DNA of 64,000 bases from Escherichia coli (GCF_022846255.1 NZ_AP025682.1), one strand, 5' to 3'; numbered from the stretch's first letter, positions 21,084-36,180 are shown. Numbers and translations: made by a program. Notes: generated by a model not told the origin, from the letters alone.

Positions 21084-23641
21084 CGTCCACCTCCGGAGAA
21101 CAGGCCACCATCACGCATCTGTGTCTGAATTTCATCACGGGCACCCTTGCGGGCCATGTCATACACTGCCTTCATCATCTGTGGACCTGGCAGACCATTC
21201 GTACCGTCGTTCTGAATCACCACGTGATTGTTCTGATTAAAATTAATGCCTTCAGCCCGCCGCATCTGCGCCGGACTTCCGGCACCGCCCACATAACCAC
21301 CTTCCGCATAGCCCCGCATTAGGCGGTACAGGTTGCCGACACCAATCCGGCTGGTTGCCTCCTTCGTGAAGACAAACTCACCACGGTGAACAATCCCCGC
21401 TGGCTCATATTTGCCGCCGGTTCCCGTAAATCCTCCGGTTGCAAAATGGAATTTCGCCGCAGCGGCCTGAATGGCTGTACCGCCTGACGCGGATGCGCCG
21501 CCACCAACAGCCCCGCCAATGGCGCTGCCGATACTCCCGACAATCCCCACCATTGCCTGCTTAAGCAGAATTTCTGTCATCATGGACAGCACGGAACGGG
21601 TGAAGCTTCGCCAGTTCTGCTCACTGCCGGTCAGCATCGCCGCCATATTATGCGCAATACCATCAAAGGTCTGCGTGGCAGCACTTTTAACCTGCGACAT
21701 ACTGTCCGTGGCACTCTCTTTCCACTCGCTCCAGCCGGACCTGAGGCCTGCCATCCAGTTCCCGCGAAGCAGGTCTTCAGCCGCCCAGGTCTTTTTCTGC
21801 TCTGACATGACGTTATTCAGCGCCAGAGGATTATCGCCATACTGTTCCTTCAGGCGCTGTTCCGTGGCGTCCCGCGCTGCCTGCCGGTCAGTCAGCCCCC
21901 GGTTTTTCGCCTCAATGGCTGCCCGTTTTGCCCGTTGTTGCTGTGCGAATTTATCCGCCTGCTGCGCCAGCGCGTTCAGGCGCTCCTGATACGTAACCTT
22001 GTCGCCAAGTGCAGCCAGCTGGCGTTTGTACTCCAGCGTCTCATCTTTATGCGCCAGCAGGGATTTCTCCTGTACAGACAGCTGGCGACGTTGCGCCGCC
22101 TCCTCCAGTACCGCGAACTGACTCTCCGCCTTCCACAAATCCCGGCGCTGCTGGCTGATTTTCTCATTTGCTCCGGCATGCTTCTCCAGCGTCCGGAGTT
22201 CAGCCTGAAGCGTCAGCAGGGCAGCATGAGCACTGTCTTCCTGACGATCGCCCGCAGACACCTTCACGCCGGACTGTTTCGGCTTTTTCAGCGTCGCTTC
22301 ATAGTCCTTTTTCGCCGCCGCCATCAGCGTGTTGTAATCTGCCTGCAGAATTTTCCCGTCCTTCAGTGCCTTGTTCAGTTCTTCCTGACGGGCGGTATAT
22401 TTCTCCAGCGGCGTCTGCAGCCGTTCGTAAGCCTTCTGCGCCTCTTCGGTATATTTCAGCCGTGACGCTTCAGTATCGCTCTGCTGCTGCGCATTTTTGT
22501 CCTGTTGACTCTGCTGCTCAGCCTTCTTTCTCGCGGCTTCAAGCGCAAGACGGGCCTTTTCACGATCATCCCAGTAACGCGCCCGCGCTTCATCGTTAAC
22601 AAAATAATCATCCTTGCGCAGACTCCAGATGTCGTCCGCTTTCTTAAACGCAGCCTCTGCCTTAATCAGCATCTCCTGCGCGGTATCAGGACGACCAATA
22701 TCCAGCACCGCATCCCACATGGATTTGAATGCCCGCGCTGTCCTGTCTGCCCAGGTCTCCAGCGTACCCATGTTCTCTTTCAGGCGGCGGGTCTGGTCAT
22801 CAAACCCTTTCGTCGCGGCCTCGTTCGCCGCCTGCAATGCCCCGGCTTCATCGCCGGAACGCTGCAACTGAGCAACATACGCAATCTGCTCCGTCGTCAC
22901 GTTATGGAACTGGCGTGCCATCGCTGTCAGCCCTGACGTCGGGTCTGTGGTCAGCTTCCCGAAGGCTTCAGCGACCTTGTCCACCTCCACGCCGGATGCA
23001 GAGGAGAAACGCGCCACACTCTGGCTGATGGATGCAATCTGAGCCTCACCGCTTACTCCCGCCTTAACCAGTGCGCTGAGTGACTCGCTGGTCTGGTTAA
23101 ACGTCAGCCCTGCCGCCTGCCCGGCTCTGGACAGGACCAGCATGCGATCTGCCGTCAGACCCGACTGATTGCCGGAAAGGACCAGCGTTTTGTTGAAATC
23201 GGACAGGGTTGAGTTGCCCTGATACCAGGCATACGCCAGCGCACCGGTCGCCACCGCCAGCGAGGTGGCCCCGACCATCGGCAGGGTGATCGCACCGGCA
23301 AGCCCCCTGAACATGGGGATCATCCCGCCGAAGGAGTCCTTCACCTGCCCCCCCTGTTGCAGCAGGATCAGCCACGGACTTTGCCCGCCTGCAAGCTGCG
23401 TGGCCACGTCGGTGAACTGCGCAGGCAGCATACGCATGGCAGCTTTATACTGCCCGACGGAAATCCCCGCTTTCTGTGCAGCCAGTGCCTGTCGGCTCAG
23501 CGACTGTTCAACGACTGCCGCTGTTTTTTTCGCATCACTTTCCGTACCGGAAAAATGACGCCTGACTCTGGCCATCTGCTCGTCAAATCTGGCCGCATCC
23601 AGACTCAAATCAACGACCAGATCGCCTACCGGTTCAGCCAT
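21080..23641 (-). CDS. H: tail tape measure protein H
   Basis: 853-aa ORF, same length as lambda H, coiled-coil-rich. Confidence 0.9.
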   Translation of the reverse strand: MAEPVGDLVVDLSLDAARFDEQMARVRRHFSGTESDAKKTAAVVEQSLSRQALAAQKAGISVGQYKAAMRMLPAQFTDVATQLAGGQSPWLILLQQGGQVKDSFGGMIPMFRGLAGAITLPMVGATSLAVATGALAYAWYQGNSTLSDFNKTLVLSGNQSGLTADRMLVLSRAGQAAGLTFNQTSESLSALVKAGVSGEAQIASISQSVARFSSASGVEVDKVAEAFGKLTTDPTSGLTAMARQFHNVTTEQIAYVAQLQRSGDEAGALQAANEAATKGFDDQTRRLKENMGTLETWADRTARAFKSMWDAVLDIGRPDTAQEMLIKAEAAFKKADDIWSLRKDDYFVNDEARARYWDDREKARLALEAARKKAEQQSQQDKNAQQQSDTEASRLKYTEEAQKAYERLQTPLEKYTARQEELNKALKDGKILQADYNTLMAAAKKDYEATLKKPKQSGVKVSAGDRQEDSAHAALLTLQAELRTLEKHAGANEKISQQRRDLWKAESQFAVLEEAAQRRQLSVQEKSLLAHKDETLEYKRQLAALGDKVTYQERLNALAQQADKFAQQQRAKRAAIEAKNRGLTDRQAARDATEQRLKEQYGDNPLALNNVMSEQKKTWAAEDLLRGNWMAGLRSGWSEWKESATDSMSQVKSAATQTFDGIAHNMAAMLTGSEQNWRSFTRSVLSMMTEILLKQAMVGIVGSIGSAIGGAVGGGASASGGTAIQAAAAKFHFATGGFTGTGGKYEPAGIVHRGEFVFTKEATSRIGVGNLYRLMRGYAEGGYVGGAGSPAQMRRAEGINFNQNNHVVIQNDGTNGLPGPQMMKAVYDMARKGARDEIQTQMRDGGLFSGGGR

Positions 23642-24068
23642 ACCGGACTCCTCCTGCGATCCCTTCTGATACTGTCATCAGCATTACGTCATCCTCCGTC
23701 ATGTCCGCCACATCCGGGGAAGCGGGGATAACTTCATTCCCGTCCGGGCCAAAGCGGACACCTCCGGCAAGCCCTGCCGCTTTCTGCATCAGCACATCAT
23801 CTTCAGGCTCTTCGTCAGCCTCGCGCCGGTTCAGCAGACTGAAATCCAGCGGATGCATATCCGGATCGCTGAAAAACAGGCTGAGTACGGTGTACGTCAG
23901 CCCGGAAAAGTGCATATCCAGCAGAACATCATGAAAATAATGGGTACTGTAAAAGCGGTGCCAGTCGGCATACTCCGTGGATGACATCCCGGCAAGCATG
24001 GCACGCCAGTCGGGTCGCCCCATCTCGCGCGCCAGTTTCAGGGCAAAACTCAGCTCACCGTCGAACAC
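23634..24068 (-). CDS. T: tail assembly chaperone T portion, expressed as G-T fusion by -1 frameshift
   Basis: 144-aa ORF in -1 frame relative to G, beginning at slippery site. Confidence 0.8.
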   Translation of the reverse strand: MFDGELSFALKLAREMGRPDWRAMLAGMSSTEYADWHRFYSTHYFHDVLLDMHFSGLTYTVLSLFFSDPDMHPLDFSLLNRREADEEPEDDVLMQKAAGLAGGVRFGPDGNEVIPASPDVADMTEDDVMLMTVSEGIAGGVRYG

Positions 24069-24472
24069 TTTCCCGCAGAAACAGGCTCTGCAGGCCCGGC
24101 GTCCTCTGCCTGTTCAGGAGCATCATTCACCACAAACTCATACATACCGGACAGCCGGTACACCACGTTTTCAGCATGAGAAATTGCCTCTGTGGGCCAG
24201 GTGGTAAGCACTTCCCGCTCAATCTGTTTAACGGCTTCATTCATGGAAGGCAGCTTTGTCTTCTTCGGATGGTTATGCCACAGGGACATCGCCACCAGAA
24301 ACGCGCCGGTTCTGATGGCGTCTTCCACAGTAAACTTCCGGTTGCTGTCTGACTCCGCCTGTTCTGCCTGCCGTTTCATCAGGGCGAGATGCTCAATACG
24401 CTGCAGGGCTGACAGTTCAGAAAGCGTGACGGTCACACCGTTATGTTCAAATGATTCGGTTTTCAGGAACAT
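24050..24472 (-). CDS. G: tail assembly chaperone G
   Basis: 140-aa ORF between V and T in lambda order. Confidence 0.85.
   Translation of the reverse strand: MFLKTESFEHNGVTVTLSELSALQRIEHLALMKRQAEQAESDSNRKFTVEDAIRTGAFLVAMSLWHNHPKKTKLPSMNEAVKQIEREVLTTWPTEAISHAENVVYRLSGMYEFVVNDAPEQAEDAGPAEPVSAGKCSTVS
24068..24074 (-). other. programmed -1 ribosomal frameshift slippery heptamer GGGAAAG (G to G-T)
   Basis: Reverse complement of 24068..24074 is GGGAAAG, 8 codons before G stop; T frame opens here. Confidence 0.75.
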
Positions 24473-24487
24473 CGCTGACTCTCCGGA

Positions 24488-25228
24488 TTAACTGGCGGTG
24501 ACGTTGATTTCTGCAACCGCAGCAAGTTCACCATTACCGGATACGACCGGAATGTTGACCTTGCCTGCAGCAACACCTTTCACGGTGATGGTCATACCAC
24601 TGACCGACACGGTGGCTTTTGTTTTATCCGCAGACACCGCACGGAAGCTCTTGTCGGTTGCGCCCTCCGGCTGGAATGCCACGGTCAGCGTGGTGCTCTG
24701 CCCTTTCACTACGGAAGCACTGGCGGGTGTCACCGTCATGCCGGTTGTCGCCGTCACCGTGCTGCGATCTTCTGCCATCGACGGACGTCCCACATTGGTG
24801 ACCTTCACCGTGCGGGTAATCACTTCCTTCGCCGTCACCGCCTTACCGATACTGCTGACCCAGCCACGGAACACATCGACCGTGCCGTTCGGGAAGCGGA
24901 TTTTATAGGCACGGATATCACCTTCATTAAACCACGCCAGCAGCGCCTGCTGCCCCTGCTCTCCGGGCATCCACGCCAGCGTGAAGCTGGTATCTCCGGC
25001 AGATTTCTGCCCCTGCCCGGTCGCAGTCCAGTCTGCATCTTCATCATCGAGATAGCTGTCGTCATAGGACTCAGCGGTCAGTTCGCCGGGCGTCAGGTCT
25101 TTAACTTTTGCCAGACGCGACCAGTCAACGTCTGAAAGCGGGTTCGCATAAGGGTCACCGCTCCCCTTATAAACCCACAGGGTGGTCCCGGCACCTTTCA
25201 CCGGCATTGTAGGATTTGGTACAGGCAT
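24488..25228 (-). CDS. V: major tail tube protein V
   Basis: Product from [22 protein letters not shown] near-identical to recalled lambda V. Confidence 0.92.
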   Translation of the reverse strand: MPVPNPTMPVKGAGTTLWVYKGSGDPYANPLSDVDWSRLAKVKDLTPGELTAESYDDSYLDDEDADWTATGQGQKSAGDTSFTLAWMPGEQGQQALLAWFNEGDIRAYKIRFPNGTVDVFRGWVSSIGKAVTAKEVITRTVKVTNVGRPSMAEDRSTVTATTGMTVTPASASVVKGQSTTLTVAFQPEGATDKSFRAVSADKTKATVSVSGMTITVKGVAAGKVNIPVVSGNGELAAVAEINVTAS

Positions 25229-25235
25229 AGCGTCC

Positions 25236-25631
25236 TCACATTTCATAGGTAATGACATAAGTCAGATCGGCTGAACTCCACAGGCCCGCATCATCGTCGC
25301 GCCGGTAGTCATAGCCGCTGGCCACCATACTGGTGATCAAATCTGACAGTGCCGGGATATCGCTCATCACCGGGTAAATCCGGGACTCCATCCACGAATC
25401 CAGCTCTGAATCCGGCACCTGAGCAGGCAGGAAAACTTCGATATGCAGCTCCGCCTGCCAGGTATCGCTGTCCAGCTCTTCGCCCGTGTATTCAGCGCCG
25501 GTGAGATAAACGGCAACTGCCGGAAAATCCGCCTCATCAAAAACAGCGGGGCGACCATCAAAAAACGTCGCCCCGGTGTCATGCTTCTCCAGTGCATCCA
25601 GTACGGCTGCACGGAGTTCAGTATGTTTCAT
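25236..25631 (-). CDS. U: tail terminator protein U
   Basis: 131-aa ORF near-identical to recalled lambda U. Confidence 0.93.
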   Translation of the reverse strand: MKHTELRAAVLDALEKHDTGATFFDGRPAVFDEADFPAVAVYLTGAEYTGEELDSDTWQAELHIEVFLPAQVPDSELDSWMESRIYPVMSDIPALSDLITSMVASGYDYRRDDDAGLWSSADLTYVITYEM

Positions 25632-26206
25632 CGCTTTATTACCATCCTCAGTTGATGCTGCAGCGCATAGCCCAGCTCTTTCGGAAGACGTTCACGCCGT
25701 ATCCGCTCAATATTTTGTTTAAACGCCGTGGTCAGCGGCACCGCCATCGGGATTTTCACTACATCAATGGGGTAACGGTTTTTCCCGGCCACACGCTGCA
25801 TGACATGCCACCGGCCATTTTTCAGTTGCTGAATAAACGCGCCGGGAATACGACGGTTACCCACCACAAGCACGCTGCCGCCACCTTTCAGGGATGAACG
25901 CTGCCCCTTTTTACGACGCCTGCGTCGGGACAGGACAATCCGCGCGTTACCCAGCTTTATTACGGGCAAATCCCCCCGGTTAACCCTGATTCTGGCCTGC
26001 GGATTTTTGACCGTGGCCCTTTTCAGCCTGGCCCTTTCCTTTACCAGTTTCCGGCGTACCTTTGTCTCACGGGCAACCTGTGACGCCGACTGCGATATCG
26101 CGGATGAAGCAACGCGGTTAATGGCCATTGCGGCGGCACCGGGCACCGCCGTTCTGCTGATACGGCTGAGGTTTTCAACGGCCTGCTCAAGACCTTTTAT
26201 GGCCAT
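25628..26206 (-). CDS. Z: tail completion protein Z
   Basis: 192-aa ORF in lambda position. Confidence 0.88.
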   Translation of the reverse strand: MAIKGLEQAVENLSRISRTAVPGAAAMAINRVASSAISQSASQVARETKVRRKLVKERARLKRATVKNPQARIRVNRGDLPVIKLGNARIVLSRRRRRKKGQRSSLKGGGSVLVVGNRRIPGAFIQQLKNGRWHVMQRVAGKNRYPIDVVKIPMAVPLTTAFKQNIERIRRERLPKELGYALQHQLRMVIKR

Positions 26207-26217
26207 ACATCCCCCTT

Positions 26218-26571
26218 TCAGCGGCGACGGTTAACGGCAGGCGGTACGCCCCGCCCAAGCCAGAGATGACAGCTTCCGCCATCATCCGGCGAAATCCGGT
26301 CTATCCAGAAGTTTTCCTCACCGATGGTCAGCGTGTCGCCGCGCCGCAGCTGCCGCACATCATCAGTCCGGACAAACAGGGACGGGCTGGAGCCTTCAAC
26401 GCGCACGCCCTGTCCGGCATAGCTGATATTTTCAGGGTCATCAAAAACACCACGTATCACAGCACCGGACTGCTCACCGGATGTCATGGTGGCTGACGTT
26501 CCCATGTACCCGCGTATCGTTTCATCGGCGCGGGCAATGGCAGCATCGAACAGGTTATCGAAATCAGCCAC
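26218..26571 (-). CDS. FII: head-tail joining protein FII
   Basis: 117-aa ORF matching recalled lambda FII. Confidence 0.9.
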   Translation of the reverse strand: MADFDNLFDAAIARADETIRGYMGTSATMTSGEQSGAVIRGVFDDPENISYAGQGVRVEGSSPSLFVRTDDVRQLRRGDTLTIGEENFWIDRISPDDGGSCHLWLGRGVPPAVNRRR

Positions 26572-26582
26572 AGCGCCTCCCG

Positions 26583-26978
26583 TTATTGCATTCTGGCCAG
26601 GCCGCGCTCTGTCATTTCGGCTGCCACACCGGCAGAGACACGAAACGCCGTTCCCGGCAGCACAAATGCCACAGGTTCATCCCGCGTGGCGTGAAGTGCA
26701 TCAGTATGCAGCGTCACCAGTGCCACAACCGTGACCAGATCAGCCGTATCAGTCACGGTATCCGGCTGCGCTGATACCACCTCATTTTCATGTCCGGTCA
26801 GCGCATTTTCCGGGCTGACAGATGTGTCCTGACCGGCAGCGTCATCCGTGTCATCAAGCTCCTCTTCCAGCTCTGCCACACGGAGCACCAGTTCTTCTTT
26901 CGTCCCCGTCAGGCTGACATCACGGTTCAGTTGTTCACCCAGCGAGCGGAGACGGGCAATCAGTTCATCTTTCGTCAT
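26583..26978 (-). CDS. FI: DNA packaging protein FI
   Basis: Product from MTKDELIARLRSLGEQLNRD matches recalled lambda FI. Confidence 0.9.
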   Translation of the reverse strand: MTKDELIARLRSLGEQLNRDVSLTGTKEELVLRVAELEEELDDTDDAAGQDTSVSPENALTGHENEVVSAQPDTVTDTADLVTVVALVTLHTDALHATRDEPVAFVLPGTAFRVSAGVAAEMTERGLARMQ

Positions 26979-27018
26979 GGACTCCTCCACAGAGAGAAAT
27001 GGCCCCGAAGGGCCATGA

Positions 27019-28044
27019 TTACGCCAGTTGTACGGACACGAACTCATCAGGATCAGCCAGCAGCATTAGCGGTGCTGACTGAATCATGGTGAACTCACGC
27101 GCCGGATCGCCGGATGTCTTCCAGTTTTTCGGATAACGAGGAGACGCATTAATACCCTCACTCAATGCATCCGCATCCTGAATACAGCCATAGGTGCGCA
27201 GACCGCGAGCCTGAGTGTTCCCCAGCACCATCGTGTTGTCCGGCAGGAAGTTCTTTTTGACGCCGTTTTCCACGTACTGTCCGGAATACACGACGATGGC
27301 CACATCGCCATACATTCCCTTATAGGACACCGCTTTGCCCAGGTCTTTTACCGCTGTCTCCAGCTCGGAATGAGAGCCGCGACGGGTATCCAGCTTCTCC
27401 CTGACGGCTTTGAAGGAACGGAACAGCGCCCAGCCTTTCGGATCGAACACGATGATATTCACCACACCGCTGGCGTTCAGCGCGTAGGCTTCGATATCGT
27501 CGGTCGGGTCATACGTGGACTTGTCACGCTTGCTCCACTCCGTGCCGCCGGACTGCGTGATGTTATTCGCCGCACTGCGGCCCATATCCACCTCAACCGG
27601 ATCGAAGGCTTCACCGGTCATGGTGTATTTGCCCTTAAGCACGGCAGAAACTGCCTGCATCTCTTCGACCTGGGCAATGGCCAGCTCTTCGTCACGCATG
27701 TTCTGCATGATGATGCGACGGCGACGGTAAGCCGGATCCGCCAGATTCTGCGGATCTTCATCCGGCAGGCGACGCAGGGTCATCTGCGGATTCACTTCAT
27801 GCTTCGGCTTGACATATCCCGGCGTAAATTCAGAGGTGGAGCCGCCACGGGAGCGGATAACCTCACCGGAAACAATCGGCGAAACGTACAGCGCCATGTT
27901 TACCAGTCCCGGAATTTGTGAGAGATAGACTTTCTCCGTGGTGAAGGGATAGCTCTCACGGAAAAAGAGGCGCAGAAACAGCGGATCAAACTTAAATTTC
28001 TGCTCATTTGCCGCCAGCAGCTGGGCGGTTGTGTACATCGACAT
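27019..28044 (-). CDS. E: major capsid protein E
   Basis: Product from MSMYTTAQLLAANEQKFKFDP near-identical to recalled lambda E. Confidence 0.95.
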   Translation of the reverse strand: MSMYTTAQLLAANEQKFKFDPLFLRLFFRESYPFTTEKVYLSQIPGLVNMALYVSPIVSGEVIRSRGGSTSEFTPGYVKPKHEVNPQMTLRRLPDEDPQNLADPAYRRRRIIMQNMRDEELAIAQVEEMQAVSAVLKGKYTMTGEAFDPVEVDMGRSAANNITQSGGTEWSKRDKSTYDPTDDIEAYALNASGVVNIIVFDPKGWALFRSFKAVREKLDTRRGSHSELETAVKDLGKAVSYKGMYGDVAIVVYSGQYVENGVKKNFLPDNTMVLGNTQARGLRTYGCIQDADALSEGINASPRYPKNWKTSGDPAREFTMIQSAPLMLLADPDEFVSVQLA

Positions 28045-28099
28045 AAAAAAATCCCGTAAAAAAAGCCGCACAGGCGGCCTTTAGTGATGAAGGGTAAGG

Positions 28100-28432
28100 T
28101 TAAACGATGCTGATTGCCGTTCCGGCAAACGCGGTCCGTTTTTTCGTCTCATCGCTGGCAGCCTCCGGCCAGAGCACATCCTCATAACGGAACGTGCCGG
28201 ACTTGTAGAACGTCAGCGTGGTGCTGGTCTGGTCAGCATCAACCGCCAGAATGCCAACGGCAGCACCGTCGGTGGTGCCATCCCACGCAACCAGCTTACG
28301 GGTGGAGGTGTCCAGCATCAGCGGGGTCATTGCAGGCGCTTTCGCACTCAATCCGCCGGGCGCGGTTGCGGTATGAGCCGGGTCACTGTTGCCCAGCGGC
28401 TGGTAATGGGTAAAGGTTTCTTTGCTCGTCAT
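28100..28432 (-). CDS. D: head decoration protein D
   Basis: Product from [12 protein letters not shown] near-identical to recalled lambda D. Confidence 0.95.
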   Translation of the reverse strand: MTSKETFTHYQPLGNSDPAHTATAPGGLSAKAPAMTPLMLDTSTRKLVAWDGTTDGAAVGILAVDADQTSTTLTFYKSGTFRYEDVLWPEAASDETKKRTAFAGTAISIV

Positions 28433-28441
28433 AAACATCCC

Positions 28442-29741
28442 TTACACTGGTGTGTTCAGCAAATCGTTAACGGCATCAGATGCCGGGTTACCTGCAGCCA
28501 GCGGTGCCGGTGCCCCCTGCATCAGACGATCCAGCGCAGTGTCACTGCGCGCCTGTGCACTCTGTGGTGCTGCGGCCAGAATGCGGCGGGCCGTTTCCAC
28601 GGTCATTCCGGGGGTTTCTGCCAGCACGCGTGCCTGTTCTTCGCGTCCGTGAGCCTCCTCACAGTTGAGGATCCCCATAATGCGGCTGTTTTCTGCCGCA
28701 ACCGCTGCGGTGATCTGCGCGTTCACGTCCGGCTGCGCCGCGCTGGCGTTCTCGCCCTCCGTCGCTGGCACCACGCCAGTAACGTCAGCCTGCGAAGCAG
28801 TGGCTGAAACAGTTGTTGATTGAGTCTCTTTGGTCATTCGCCCTCCTGAGAGACGGGATTTACGTGCATCCAGTGCATCACGCATGACGGTGATCGCATC
28901 GGTACTGTTAACAAGTTCATCAGCCAGTCCGGCATCAATGGCCTCCTGACCGCTGTACACTGCAGCCTCGGTATCCAGCACAGCCTGCACGGACAGGCCG
29001 GTATATGCCGACACCTTCTGTGCAAACATCCGGCGGGTTGCATCCATCCGGGACTGCAGTGTTTCCCGGACATCATCCGGTAGATGGCTGTAGGGGTTGC
29101 CATCCACCTTATGGCTGCCGCTGTAAATCAGCGTGATTTCCACGCCCTGTTTCTCCAGCGCAGCACCGTAATTACTGTGAGCCATCATGACGCCGATGGA
29201 GCCTGTCCGGGCGGTCTGCGTGACCAGACGTCGGGAGGCGGCGCTGGCAAGCAACTGACCTGCACTGCAGTTCATGTCGTTGGCCAGCGCCCATACCGGC
29301 TTTATGTCACGCACACGGGCGATGATGTCAGCGCAGTCAAATGCCCCTGCCACCATCCCGCCTGGCGTATCCATATCGAGCAGAATGCCGTCCACCATCG
29401 GGTCGCTGGCAGCCTGTTGCAGACGGGCGATAATGCCGTTGTAACCGGTCATCCCCGAATACGGCTGCAGCGCTCGCGTCCGACTGACCAGCGTGCCGGA
29501 CACCGGCAGCACGGCGATGCCGTTCATGACCTGATAACTGCGGGCCTGTCGTGGTCCGTCATCATCAACGGATAACGCCAGCGCCGCGGGTGCCTCTCCG
29601 GCAGTCAGGCTGTCGCCGGATACCGCATCCGTCATGCGGCTGATCCCAAGCTGGCCTGCAAGCGCACAAAAGAAAACCCGCGCATAGGCGGGTTCAAGCA
29701 TCAGCGGCTCATTAAAGGCCATACTGGCAATATGCGGGAGA

Positions 29742-29761
<20 letters not shown>
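28442..29761 (-). CDS. C: head maturation protease / scaffold C (with nested Nu3)
   Basis: Product matches recalled lambda C; probable GTG start at 29761 preceded by GAGGAGGAG. Confidence 0.88.
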
Positions 29762-33442
<3,681 letters not shown>

Positions 33443-33468
<26 letters not shown>

Positions 33469-33988
33469 TCAGCAACCCCGGTATCAGTTCATCCAGCGCG
33501 GCTGCTTTGTTCATGGCTTTGATGATATCCCGTTTCAGGAAATCAACATGTCGGTTTTCCAGTTCCGGAAAACGCCGCTGCACCGACAGGGGGATCCCGT
33601 CGAGAATACTGGCAATTTCACCTGCGATCCGCGACAGCACGAAAGTACAGAATGCAGTTTCCACCACTTCAGCGGAGTCTCTGGCATTTTTCAGCTCCTG
33701 TGCGTCGGCCTGCGCACGCGTAAGTCGATGGCGTTCGTACTCAATAGTCCCTGGCTGGAGATCTGTCTCGCTGGCCTGCCGCAGTTCTTCAACTTCCCGG
33801 CGCAGCTTTTCGTTCTCAATTTCAGCATCCCTTTCGGCATACCATTTTATGACGGCGGCAGAGTCATAAAGCACCTCATTACCCTTCCCACCGCCTCGCA
33901 GAACGGGCATTCCCTGCTCCTGCCAGTTCTGAATGGTACGGATACTCGCACCGAAAATGTCAGCCAGCTGCTTTTTGTTGACTTCCAT
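33443..33988 (-). CDS. nu1: terminase small subunit Nu1
   Basis: 181-aa ORF MEVNKKQLADIFGASIRTIQNWQEQGMP matching recalled lambda Nu1. Confidence 0.93.
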
Positions 33989-34185
33989 TGTTCATTCCAC
34001 GGACAAAAACAGAGAAAGGAAACGACAGAGGCTAAAAAGCCCGTTTTCAGCACCTGTCGTTTCCTTTCTTTTCAGGGGGTGTTTTAAATAAAAACATTAG
34101 GTTACGGCGAAGAAGAACGGAAACGCCTTAAACCGGAAAATTTTCATAAATAGCGAAAACCCGCGCGCCTTCCGCCCCGTAGTCT
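33989..34185 (-). other. cos region (cosB plus cosN cohesive-end site)
   Basis: Reverse complement of 34076..34178 aligns with recalled lambda left end (GGGCGG...CGCGGGTTTTCGCTATTTATGAAAATTTTCCGGTTTAAGGCG); cosN around 34166..34178. Confidence 0.7.
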
Positions 34186-34481
34186 GCCGGATTGCCGGAA
34201 AGGACCCGCCAGCCATTCGGGTTTACTTCACAATGGGATTTAATATCTGAACGACCAAAGTTGTGCGACCACGGTCGCACAGACCTGAATACACGTCCTG
34301 TTTCTTCCACCCTCGCACAGGACTGACGAGCATGAGGGACAAACCCGCGCACCATAAACGCGGTAAAAACCCGGTGTGCATCGTTTTTGATTATTCCCGC
34401 ACACTCACGCAGAAGGAATTCCCTGTCGGGCTACGGTCATGGTTAATGCGGGAATACAGCGACGATACAGCGCATGATGTG

Positions 34482-35030
34482 TCAGGCTTGAATACCCTTA
34501 TCGAATCCCGGTAATAAAAACTGTCCCTGTCTCTCCAGGCGTTTCAGCTTTGCAAGCAATTGAGGTTTTTTCGTTCTCCCCCAGCGATTGAGCAGGCGGC
34601 CAGACATACTGGCGACATCCTTCTCTTTCATATACTCCAGCATTATGGCGTTGCGTTCTGCTTCATAACTTTCGCTGTACTTACGGAGTTCTGCTGACAT
34701 CCAGTTAAAGGCATTTATATAGGCCTCTTTAACGGCGTCGGCTTTTGCGCCATTAAATCCCATAACCAGCATAACGAAGCCGCTAAAGTCCATGCGGTAG
34801 TAAGTCTGCTTCTTGTCGAAAATCCCTAAGCCATTGATTTTTTCGGCAACGCAAAAATGCGCTCTCCGGAAATCTTCTGAGCAATGACAATTTTTCAGCG
34901 CCCTCAATACGTCCGCGTGACGCTTACCAAAAGCCTTTGCGATTTGGAAGGTGTCAGTTACCGGCTCACCCTCTGCTGCGGTAACTAACTGGCGAAAGTC
35001 AAAATCAGAAGTCTCAATTAATTCACTCAT
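34482..35030 (-). CDS. phage regulatory protein, Rha family
   Basis: 182-aa ORF with motif TDTFQIAKAFGKRHADVLRAL typical of Rha-family N-terminal domain. Confidence 0.6.
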   Translation of the reverse strand: MSELIETSDFDFRQLVTAAEGEPVTDTFQIAKAFGKRHADVLRALKNCHCSEDFRRAHFCVAEKINGLGIFDKKQTYYRMDFSGFVMLVMGFNGAKADAVKEAYINAFNWMSAELRKYSESYEAERNAIMLEYMKEKDVASMSGRLLNRWGRTKKPQLLAKLKRLERQGQFLLPGFDKGIQA

Positions 35031-35180
35031 GTCGTATGCCTACTCTTTGAAATGAACCTTTGCCGCACAGGAAACCAGCCCACCGAGGCTCGCCAGCACT
35101 AACTGGTATCCTCAAAGGCCCATTCCAAAGGGTCAGGTTCGGTGTTTATTGTGCGCTGCGGTGCGCGGTGAAATACCGGT

Positions 35181-35212
35181 ACAAAAATGCCCCGCATCTG
35201 CGAGGCATTTTC
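35181..35212 (-). terminator. rho-independent terminator downstream of Rz
   Basis: 7-bp stem AAATGCC/GGCATTT with inner GC pairs, followed by U-run on minus strand. Confidence 0.5.
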
Positions 35213-35248
35213 CTGAAAGTCACTTGTTAAATTTCAGTGAAATTAAAA

Positions 35249-35686
35249 TTATTTTAAGCACTGCGTCCTGATGTACTCCTGCAGGTAGTTAACCTGCGCG
35301 GTTATCCTGTCGATTCCACTTCGGAGACGGTAATAATTGAGTTCAGCATCTGCTGTAAGTCCTGGGCTTTCTCCATCGCCCATGCCGCTGGCTCCGGTCG
35401 TTGACTTTGCACAGGTGGCGGCGACTTGCAGGCGCTTACGCCCAGCAGAAACATCAGCACGGAGACTTTCAATAGTCGCGTTAGCATCAGCAAGCTCCTT
35501 TGTATATCTGGCATCGAGTTCTGCTACGTCACGTTGACGCTTCTGCATGTCAGCGATGATGGATGTGGCTTTGTCGCGCTGTTCTTTGTAGGTCATGGCG
35601 TTATCACGGTAATGATTAACAGCCCATGACAGGCAGACGATGATGCAGATAACCAGAGCGGAGATAATCGCGGTTACTCTGCTCAT
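35249..35686 (-). CDS. Rz: i-spanin Rz
   Basis: Product from [30 protein letters not shown] matches recalled lambda Rz; start overlaps R stop. Confidence 0.9.
   Translation of the reverse strand: MSRVTAIISALVICIIVCLSWAVNHYRDNAMTYKEQRDKATSIIADMQKRQRDVAELDARYTKELADANATIESLRADVSAGRKRLQVAATCAKSTTGASGMGDGESPGLTADAELNYYRLRSGIDRITAQVNYLQEYIRTQCLK
35302..35487 (-). CDS. Rz1: o-spanin Rz1 (lipoprotein, embedded in Rz in +1 frame)
   Basis: [20 protein letters not shown] lipobox then proline-rich [13 protein letters not shown]; nested in Rz. Confidence 0.8.
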   Translation of the reverse strand: MLTRLLKVSVLMFLLGVSACKSPPPVQSQRPEPAAWAMEKAQDLQQMLNSIITVSEVESTG

Positions 35687-36180
35687 TGTTGCCCCCACAA
35701 ACAGACTTCACGCTCAATCTCACGGCGAGCCATCAGCCCTTTCCATTGATTACCGCCAGCGTATGTCCAACGCCGTAGCTGATCACATGCGCCTTTGATA
35801 TCGCCCTGGTTTATTTTGCGAAGAAGCGTCGATGTTCTGAAATTGCCAGCGCCCACGTTGTAAACGAATGAGTAAAGAGCGCCGCGCGTTGTTTCCGGTA
35901 TATCGACTTTGATGTACGGGTTAATTTGTCTGGCGACAGTGGCAAGGTCTTTATTCAAGAGTGCTTTGCATTCTGCTTTGGTATACGTTTTACCGAGCAT
36001 GATGTCTTTTCCTGTATGCCCGTGACATACAGTCCATACACCAACAATATCTTTGTATGGTATGTAGCTGACACCTTCCAGACCATCGTTACCACCTGGG
36101 CCAGTGATTAACACTGATGCTATAGCAATTGCTCCGCCACCAATAGCAGCAGCAACGGCTTTTCGTAATGATGGAGGCAT
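35683..36180 (-). CDS. R: SAR endolysin R (phage 21-type lysozyme)
   Basis: 165-aa ORF with N-terminal signal-anchor-release segment; matches recalled phage 21 R. Confidence 0.88.
   Translation of the reverse strand: MPPSLRKAVAAAIGGGAIAIASVLITGPGGNDGLEGVSYIPYKDIVGVWTVCHGHTGKDIMLGKTYTKAECKALLNKDLATVARQINPYIKVDIPETTRGALYSFVYNVGAGNFRTSTLLRKINQGDIKGACDQLRRWTYAGGNQWKGLMARREIEREVCLWGQQ

Noticed and set aside
21471..22936. Several 140 to 176-aa + strand ORFs
   Set aside because: All antisense to the tape measure gene H.
34128..34355. 75-aa minus-strand ORF and overlapping 83-aa + strand ORF 34263..34514
   Set aside because: Overlap the cos site region; no SD or recognisable features; kept only as unassigned sequence.
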